Assembly: GCF_006345805.1 (NCBI RefSeq)
Contig: NW_021827975.1
Span: 1 to 9,277, forward strand
Direction: 5' to 3'
DNA: 9,277 nt
From: Octopus sinensis
Taxonomy: Eukaryota
A program made the translations under genes and the position numbers. The notes beneath the pieces were generated by a model. It was not told where the DNA came from. It ran no database searches and saw only the letters and a list, made by a program, of their open reading frames with translations. Of the stretch, positions 1 through 6,103 are shown piece after piece; position 1 is the stretch's first letter, and each line of letters begins with the position of its first letter.

Positions 1-360
1 GATGGAAACGTTCCAGTTGTTTTAAGGTGGTATCGATATGTGACCCACGTCTCGCAGGTATAGAGAAGAGAAGGGGCACACATGCCTTGTACACCTTTAT
101 CTTTGTCTTTCTGCATATGTCTCGCCGACTCCAGAGCCGCTTTTCTAGCCTCCGAAAGCAACACTTTGCTTTCCTAATTCTATATGGAACTTCATCATCC
201 ACATTGCCATATCTATTAATAGTGCTTCCTCCCCAGGTAGACAAACTGATCGTTTACCATTCACATAGATATTTGGTACACTATACTGCTTACCAGGGGC
301 AGGTTGATGCATGACAACAGTTTTCTTGAGATTGACTGTCAATCCTAAGGCAGTGCAAGC
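1..360 (-). mobile_element. Degenerate RTE-clade (RTE-1/BovB-like) non-LTR retrotransposon fragment, C-terminal part of the RT domain
   Basis: Minus-strand translation across about 5 frameshifts gives ACTALGLTVNLKKTVVMHQPAPGKQYSVPNIYVNGKR / FVYLG / STINRYGNVDDEVPYRIRKA / SVAFG / RLEKRLWSRRDICRKTKIKVYKACV / PSLLYTCETWVTYRYHL / KQLERFH. This matches the RTE motifs GLTISLKKT, FTYLGS, IDDEV..RI.KAS.AFGRL and LLY.CETW. It runs off the window at position 1. Confidence 0.9.
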
Positions 361-395
361 ATACATACATACATACATACATACATACAAACATA
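360..395. repeat. (CATA)n microsatellite
   Basis: About 7 perfect CATA units (360-388) plus a degenerate unit, directly abutting the RTE fragment. Confidence 0.95.
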
Positions 396-496
396 AGTAC
401 CCTGTTGTTGATGTTGAAATTCCAAAGAAGGATCCTTGGATCTAGGTTAGGGACCGATTCTTTCTCTATTGGCAAGAAATCTTGAAATAAACCTGA
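396..496. other. ~100-bp non-repetitive island enclosed by (CATA)n on both sides; possible microsatellite-associated repeat
   Basis: Both ends merge directly into CATA tracts. It contains the palindrome AAGGATCCTT (428-437) and overlapping short inverted repeats. Confidence 0.35.
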
Positions 497-652
497 ACAT
501 ACATACGTACATACATACATACATACATAGATACATAGATACATACATACATACATACATACATACATGCATACACACACATACACACACATATATACAT
601 ACATACATACATACATACATACATACATACATACATACATACATACATACAT
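497..652. repeat. Compound (ACAT)n microsatellite with AGAT and AC variants
   Basis: 156 bp of ACAT units with interruptions. It is the source of the spurious MYVC/HTYI ORFs. Confidence 0.97.
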
Positions 653-662
653 TACTTACATA

Positions 663-820
663 GGGCGGATCTTTCAGTTTCTATCTACCGAATTCACTCA
701 CAAGGCTTTGGTTGGCTCGAGGCTATAGTAAAAGACAATCGCCCAAGGTGCCACGCAGTGGGACTGAACTCGAAACCACGTGGTTAACAAACTTCTTATC
801 ACACAGCTACGCCTGTACCT
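663..820 (-). mobile_element. tRNA-derived SINE family F2, head plus CORE-like segment; normal 3' half absent
   Basis: Minus strand GGTACAGGCGTAGCTGTGTGATAAGAAGTTTG...GAGTTCAGTCCCACTGCGTGGCACCTTGGGCGATTG has A-box and B-box-like motifs and a CORE-like ACCTTGGGC. It is collinear with 4975-5133 and runs into (TATG)n. Confidence 0.85.
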
Positions 821-1223
821 AATGTAGAACAAACGATTCCAAAGACACAGATTTTAGGGATGGGATTTGGTCGATGAGGTTGATTTTTGAGTTTGTATTT
901 CTGCAGTTAAATGTTTTAGTGTAAGAAACTTGTATATTATAAGAATTTTCCAAGAAAATTCTAATTAAAGGTGATAAAACGCTGCTATGATCACAATAAC
1001 AAGATGAGGAAATGAGTGGGTGGGTGGGTGGCTGCATCATCTGGGCTAAGACAACACTGCGGTTAAAGCAGCATGCAGACGATGTGTATCATGTCTGACA
1101 ATGCGATTACTAGAAATCTGGTTACATGAGTAAGACACTACAATAACACGCAGCTGTGTCTGACGAATGCACTAATACAAGTTGCCTATGTCTGCGTTGT
1201 CATTTGTTACTGTTCTGCTACTT

Positions 1224-1690
1224 TAAGGCGGCGAGCTGGCAGAATCGTTAGCACACCGGGCAAAATGCTTAGCGGCATTTCGTCTGTCTTTGCGTGCTGA
1301 GTTCAAATTCCACCGAAGTTGACTTTGCCTTTGAGCCTTTCGGGGTCGATAAAAATAAGTACCAATTGAACAATTGAAGACGGCGAGCTGGCAGAAACGT
1401 TAGCAAGCCGGGCGAAATGCTTACCGGTATTTCGTCTGCCGCTACGTCCTGAGTTCAAATTTCGCCGAGGTCGACTTTGCCTTTCATCCTTTCGGCGTCG
1501 ATAAATAAAGTACCAGTTACGCACTGGGGTTAATGTAGTCGACTTCATCCTTTTGTCCTTGTTTGTCCCCTCTGTGTTTGGCCCCCTGTGTGCAGTGACG
1601 AAGTGGGAAGTACCAATTGAACAGTAGCGATGTAATCGATTTAACCCTGCTCTTTCTTCCGAGCTGCTGGCTTTGTGCTAAAATTTGAAA
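1224..1690 (+). mobile_element. tRNA-derived SINE family F1 (Nin/Deu-like central domain), tail type B; outer element of a nested pair
   Basis: Head GGCGGCGAGCTGGCAGAATCG, B box GAGTTCAAATTCC, core CTTTCGGGGTCGATAAAAATAAGTACC. The body resumes at 1624 and ends GGCTTTGTGCTAAAATTTGAAA. A 17-bp TSD TTACTGTTCTG(C/T)TACTT lies at 1207-1223 and 1691-1707 (1 mismatch). Confidence 0.9.
1373..1607 (+). mobile_element. SINE F1, tail type A, inserted inside another F1 copy
   Basis: Complete head, core and tail (TTGTCCTTGTTTGTCCCCTCTGTGTTTGGCCCCCTGTG). Perfect 16-bp TSD AAGTACCAATTGAACA at 1357-1372 and 1608-1623. Confidence 0.92.
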
Positions 1691-2229
1691 TTACTGTTCT
1701 GTTACTTAATGGTCCGAAATAGAAATTTAGAAATTTTTCAAAACGAAAACAGAACAGACCGGTTCACTTTTGTTCTTTGCACATGCGCGAAAAAAATGCC
1801 TATTTCAACTCTAAGGTAGCAAGAATCAGGAATTATTAATCTATCTATCTAACATTTGCAAGAACGAAATGCCATTTTTGAAAAAGAAAACAAAACAAAA
1901 ACATGAAAAACAACAAAAAAAACGAACATTTTTTACGCATTAGTAACAATGAAACCATTCCCCACTTGACTACCATGTTGTATTTCCACGGGATCAGATA
2001 TTTTTTTAAATTTTCTAACCGTCTTTTTATGGATTCAGAGATATTCTTCACATTAAAGATAACAGAAGTGTTCTAACGGTGACCATCCTTCCTTCTTTTC
2101 ATATTCAATTTTTAACACCGGGACAATATAAATTAACATTAAAAAGTTAACTATTTAAATTAAAATTTAAAATTAAAAAAATACAATTCGTGATAAAAAT
2201 AATTTGATATGTATAATATGATGTGATTT

Positions 2230-2455
2230 TAAATAATGGTTTCAAATTTTAGTACAGGGCTAGCAGATTTTGAGGTGTTGGGGGAAGTCGATTATATTGA
2301 CCCTAGTGCTCAACGGGTATTTAGTTTAACGACACTGAAAGGGATGAAAAGCAAAGTCGATTTCGGTGGAATTTGAGCCGAGAATTTAAAGACAGACGAA
2401 ATGCCGTTAAGTATTTTGTCCGGCCTACTTAACGGCTCCACCAGCTAAGCGCCTT
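2230..2455 (-). mobile_element. SINE F1, full length, diverged, tail type B
   Basis: Minus strand AAGGCGCTTAGCTGG...CTCAAATTCCACCGAAATCGACTTTGCTTTTCATCC...GCTAGCCCTGTACTAAAATTTGAAACCATTATT. Flanked by TAATATGAT at 2214-2222 and 2455-2463. Confidence 0.85.
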
Positions 2456-2467
2456 AATATGATTTAG

Positions 2468-3116
2468 AATAATCTTTCCTATTATACTAGCAGTATCGCC
2501 CGGCGTTGCTCGGGTTTGTAATGGAAATAACTATATAAGCATTTTTAGAGAGTTACTTCCCTTATAGATGCCAATTCGGGCTTTCTTACCATTTCGTTTT
2601 GGTGTCTTCAAGCCATGAAGTCGTTGTTCTAAAAGAACGCTGGTCTCCTTGACAACGCTTTACGACGTTGATTTCCTTACACTCCCTTCCCCACAGCTTC
2701 ACGAGGGAGGGAAGAAGGGGGAGAAGCAAACAGGTGCAGATGTGAGCATGGCCGCCAACTCCGCCGCCGCCATCGACACGAAAAATTATGCATTAAAATG
2801 GAATAAAAAATGATGTTAAATTATTTTTAAAATCGTAGACTCATCGTAGACGCGCGCTAATAGCCAGACGAGCTCGATATTAATCACGACTATAAGATAC
2901 CCGAATTTGGTTAAACTGCACCGCAAAATGTGGGAGGAGTTAGGAATCTAAATCGTAGGAGACAGACACTCACACAACTACAGTTTTATATATATAGATG
3001 TGCAAAGCCTAAAATTTTGGGGGAGGTGGCTCATCGATTACATCCGCCCCAGTGCATAACAAGTACTTGTTTTATCGACTCCGAGGGGATGAAAAGCAAA
3101 GTCGATCTCTGCGGAA
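2468..3116 (-). mobile_element. 5'-truncated SINE F1, tail type C, split by a Helitron (pieces 2999-3116 and 2468-2486)
   Basis: Removing 2487-2998 rejoins the tail as GGCTTTGCACA|TATAATAGGAAAGATTAT, which aligns without gaps (21/29) to the tail at 3925-3953. Direct repeat TAATATGATTTA(G/A)AATAAT at 2455-2473 and 3117-3135. Confidence 0.85.
2487..2998 (-). mobile_element. Non-autonomous Helitron, 512 bp
   Basis: The minus strand starts TCTATATATATAAAA and ends CTAG. A GC-rich hairpin CCCGAGC-AAC-GCCGGG (2499-2514) lies 12 nt from the 3' end. The element sits between host A and T with no TSD. All are canonical Helitron hallmarks. Confidence 0.88.
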
Positions 3117-3269
3117 TAATATGATTTAAAATAATATAGTTTACGAAGAACTACGTGCGTTTACATAAATTTGTTTAGTTCTGTCAATGCAAAACAGTTT
3201 TTTCTTCGTAAATCTTTGTTATTCAACCGTAAATATTCAGTGACGCACATCTAATTGAGAATAGAAGAA

Positions 3270-3420
3270 TTAATAGTGCTTCCTGCAAAATGCGTTGCGG
3301 TATGTAGATACTTATCCTTACCTTCTGAGTTCAAAAACGGTCAGGATCGACTTTCACTTTCATGTCTGTCTGTCGAAAAATAAGAACGTACTAACTAAAT
3401 ACAGGTGCTGGTGAAATCGG
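3270..3420 (+). mobile_element. Highly degraded SINE F1
   Basis: Residual motifs in the correct order: GCAAAATGCGTTGCGGTAT, TTCTGAGTTCAAA, CGACTTTCACTTTCAT, GTCGAAAAATAAG. Confidence 0.6.
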
Positions 3421-3428
3421 CTATAACA

Positions 3429-3628
3429 TTCCATAACAGTCACCATGCTTGACCGCTAAATCCACAAGTTTTTTTGTCCTCTCTCTGTTTATTTTCTCTT
3501 ATTCCTTTCTGTTGAAGAGCGTAGGCTCGAAACGTAAAAGACTTTTTCATTTTCCCGAGCGTCAAACTAATACATTTGCTTGTTGTTCATACACCTGTCT
3601 TCGTCTTTTGTTTTTCTATAAATTTCAA
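3429..3628 (+). mobile_element. ~200-bp hammerhead-bearing non-coding insertion, copy A
   Basis: Flanked by the 8-bp direct repeat CTATAACA (3421-3428, 3629-3636). Pyrimidine-rich strand with a central hammerhead motif. Homologous in its core to 4716-4927 (minus). Confidence 0.6.
3506..3566 (+). ncRNA. Type I hammerhead ribozyme-like motif, copy A (core variant A6U)
   Basis: Stem I UUU(3506-08)/AAA(3564-66); core CUGUUGA (3509-15) plus an extra A; stem II GAGC-GUAG-GCUC; GAAA (3529-32); stem III ACGU/GCGU; GUC triplet 3561-63 with predicted cleavage after 3563. Confidence 0.6.
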
Positions 3629-3693
3629 CTATAACACTCTTTCACCTCCACCTGTCTAAGAAATATATATTGTTTTAATGAATTTTATTGATT

Positions 3694-3755
3694 TGAATTT
3701 GATGGTTATTTTTTTATGGCGACCTGAATTTGACGGTTATTTTTTAATGGCGATC
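3694..3755. repeat. 31-bp tandem duplication at the 5' junction of a SINE
   Basis: TGAATTTGATGGTTATTTTTTTATGGCGACC and TGAATTTGACGGTTATTTTTTAATGGCGATC differ by 3 mismatches. Confidence 0.85.
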
Positions 3756-3953
3756 TTTAGCACACCGGACAAAGAGCTTAGCAGTATTTCGGCCTGACTC
3801 TTCGTTCTGAGTTCAAATTCCACCGAAGCCGACTTTGCCTTTCATCCTTTCGGGGTCGATAAAATAAGTGTCAGTTGAGTACTGGGGTCTGTATAATCGA
3901 TGATACCTCTTTCCAGAAATTTCAGGCCTTGTGCCTTTAGTAGAAAGGATTAT
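3747..3953 (+). mobile_element. SINE F1, tail type C, with an internal deletion in the head
   Basis: TTAGCACACCGGACAAAGAGCTTAGC, B box GAGTTCAAATTCC, CCTTTCATCCTTTCGGGGTCGATAAAATAAG, tail AAATTTCAGGCCTTGTGCCTTTAGTAGAAAGGATTAT. Confidence 0.88.
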
Positions 3954-4220
3954 AAGGCATATAGGGATGAAGTGGAGTTACAGAATGACAGAAATAGGTA
4001 AAGACTACTAAAACAACTGTATTGTGGTATACACTTCCTTATGTCCTAAGTTCGAATCCTGCTAAGATTATCTTTTCTCCACCCCAACCCACTCCCGTCC
4101 TTCTGAACGTACATAAAGCAAATACCAGTAATATACCCCGAGGTAGATTAAATCTACCAAATCTATTAATCTGCCTTCTACTTTTAGGTGTACGAAAATC
4201 AATTTCGACTGATCTTTATT

Positions 4221-4338
4221 CTGACTGCGAAAGTTTGATTCGCCATCATATGATCGTGGGTTCAATCCATGCACTCAGCGGTGTATTATGTCCTTGAGCA
4301 AGGCACTTCATTATTTATTGCTCCATTCTGCTCAGCTG
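4221..4338 (+). mobile_element. Old tRNA-derived SINE fragment with a CORE/V/Meta-like central motif
   Basis: B box GGGTTCAATCC (4258-4268), then TGTCCTTGAGCAAGGCACTT (4289-4308) and TTGCTCCATTCTGCTCAGCTG. Superfamily assignment is from recall only. Confidence 0.65.
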
Positions 4339-4715
4339 TTACGTCCTAAACGTTCTACAAAGTCAAAGAAAAGGAGAACTAAGTGGGTGACTATGTCTGC
4401 TTACGACCAAACAGGCCCCTAAAAAGAAATTGGTGAAAGCATGTTACCAAGCTATCTTTTACCTTTCATCTTTTACTCGTTTCAGTTATTAGACTGCGGC
4501 CTTGCTGGAACACCGACTTGAAGAAGTTTTAGTCCAATGAATCGACCTCGGTACTTATTTCTTGTTGTTGTTTTTTTTTTAATTCTAAAGGTTGGTACTT
4601 ATTTTATCGGTGTCTTTTGCCGAACCGCCACGTTACGGGTACGTAAACAATAACACTGGTTGTCAAGTGGGAAGAGGGGGGGGGGCAAACACACACCCAC
4701 ATTAAAAATATATAT

Positions 4716-4927
4716 ACAGTTAATTCAAACATGAACAAAGAGAAAACACAACAACGCGAGGGCGTGGAATAGGTATAGTGTTATTGGACGCTCAGAAAAG
4801 GAAAGAAAGAAGGAGGATTTAACGTTTCGAGCGGAGCTCTTCGTCAGAAACATAGAAAAAGGAAAGGCCCAAGGAAGGGAAGACGGACAAAGAAAATCGC
4901 CAACGGTACACACGCGGTCACATATTG
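4716..4927 (-). mobile_element. ~210-bp hammerhead-bearing non-coding insertion, copy B
   Basis: Sits in the internal microsatellite of SINE F2 and is flanked by AATATATAT (4707-4715, 4928-4936; low complexity). Same layout as 3429-3628. Confidence 0.65.
4784..4850 (-). ncRNA. Type I hammerhead ribozyme-like motif, copy B (intact catalytic core, weak stem I)
   Basis: Minus strand: CUGACGA (4847-4841) plus an extra A; stem II GAGC-UCC-GCUC; GAAA (4828-4825); stem III ACGUU/AGCGU; GUC at 4789-4787. The first stem I pair is a C:U mismatch. Confidence 0.65.
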
Positions 4928-5620
4928 AATATATATGTGTGTGTGTGTGTGTGTGTACATACGCATATACGACGGTCGTCTTTCAGTTTCCGTCGACCAA
5001 ATCCATTCATAAGGCTTTGGTTGGCCCGAGGCTATCGTAGAAAACACTTGCCCAAGGTGCCACGCGGTTGAACTGAACCCAGAACCAGTTTGTTGGTAAG
5101 CAAACTTCGTACTACGCAGCCATGCCTGTGCCTATAATCACTTTCGTGTAACGGCAGGTTATCTTTCCCTGTGAAATGAGGCGGTAAAATTAAATTCAGT
5201 CGAGAGAATTTGAAGAAAGAATCTAAGCGACAAGGGGTTGTCAGGGAATGTTACTTTGAAAAGATTCGGTAGAAACAGTGAACGTAGCACTAAAATATAA
5301 TGATAATTCCATAGTACCATTTCAGAGAGTAAGTTGACCCAAATTTTGGTGATACATAACAAATATTAACAACGAATTGCTGATAAAATCGTAATCGGTT
5401 AACATTTCTTTGACACACTGTCATCATGTTATCATTTGCTGACATAACGGATTCCGGGAAACCAGTCAGTTAAATTTCTTTCACATCTTGTCAATTTGAA
5501 GCTAATAAAAACAGTGTAACAGAGTTAGATGCATTCTAACAGTTTCCTGACAGAATTATGGAGTGGAATAAAACTGAAAACTTCTTGAATGCCGCAACCG
5601 CAAAAAAAAAAAAAATTCTT

Positions 5621-5645
5621 CCCCCTTCCTTCCCACCCCACCCCC
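5621..5645 (-). other. Putative G-quadruplex motif next to an A14 run
   Basis: Minus strand G5-T-G4-T-G3-AAGGAA-G5 fits G3+N1-7 four times. A14 lies at 5602-5615. Confidence 0.5.
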
Positions 5646-6027
5646 ACCATCTCAGAAATGGTAAAAGATGTCTTAAACATATTTAATATACCCTTATCTA
5701 TGTACACAGTAAAAGGGAGCTATTGACGTACTGTTGAAAGAACAGCTTGGGGTTGCATGGGAACACCTAGTTTAATTTGTTCCTTTTCGAAGTTGCGTAG
5801 AAACAGGATGAGCTAACGAAGGCGCCTCTACACACATGTTTCCTGCTTTTATGTAATGGTGGGGTGGGTATTCCTTGTTTCTGATGTATTATCTAAACAC
5901 GGTGCTCGTTAATCAGTTGTGAAGTGCATTTTGCATATCAAGTGCCCAACATGTTCTTATGCTGAAAAAAAAATCTTCTAAACAGAGATGGTTAGCTATA
6001 AAAATAGGTGCTAAATTAGTTTTTCAG

Positions 6028-6087
6028 ATAACAATGATCAAAATGAAGAATACAGCCAGAAAGTTTGTGGGCTGCTTTCAGAAATGA
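6028..6087 (+). CDS. Candidate 60-nt internal coding exon of an unknown gene (phase 1-1)
   Basis: Acceptor TTAGTTTTTCAG and donor GA|GTAAAA; open frame (D)NNDQNEEYSQKVCGLLSEM. No homology recognised. Confidence 0.2.
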   Translation: MTMIKMKNTARKFVGCFQK

Positions 6088-6103
6088 GTAAAACAGAAAG
6101 AGG

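Larger units (their letters stand above)
4454..5133 (-). mobile_element. SINE F2, full length, with an internal CA/TA microsatellite interrupted by hammerhead element B
   Basis: The head at 5133-4975 matches 820-663 (TGGCTGCGTAGT A box, GGGTTCAGTT B box, GGCACCTTGGGCAAGTG). Internal repeat at 4937-4960 and 4690-4715. The 3' half continues CCACTTGACAACC...GGTTCGGCAAAAGA...GAAACGAGTAAAAGA with TAAAAGA repeats at the end. Confidence 0.88.

Noticed and set aside
27-314. 95-aa plus-strand ORF
   Set aside because: Antisense to the degenerate RTE RT fragment; no independent coding signal.
421-470. Decayed hammerhead in the CATA-flanked island
   Set aside because: Only a stem and GAAG are present; the CUGANGA and GAAA cores are absent in this copy.
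290-663. ORFs of 60-120 aa reading MYVCMYVC or HTYIHTYI
   Set aside because: Translations of the (CATA)n microsatellite, which has no stops in several frames.
942-962. 9-bp inverted repeat AGAATTTTC-CAA-GAAAATTCT resembling a heat-shock element
   Set aside because: The two GAAnnTTC units are out of phase by 1 nt, and AT-rich inverted repeats of this size arise by chance.
1160-1200. CTGACGA as a third hammerhead core
   Set aside because: No stem II, GAAA or stem III follows.
1779-1790. NRF1-like TGCACATGCGCG
   Set aside because: A single mismatched motif with no supporting promoter context.
2074-2125. Possible hAT/Blackjack-like left end (ACGGTGACCA...ACCGGGACA)
   Set aside because: The resemblance is from recall only; no matching right terminal inverted repeat or 8-bp TSD was found.
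4025-4080. B-box-like GTTCGAATCC, possibly a very old F1 remnant
   Set aside because: Too short and diverged to delimit or assign.
5200-5268. Possible exon RENLKKESKRQGVVRECYFEKI
   Set aside because: Weak acceptor and donor; its phase is incompatible with the 6028 candidate exon.
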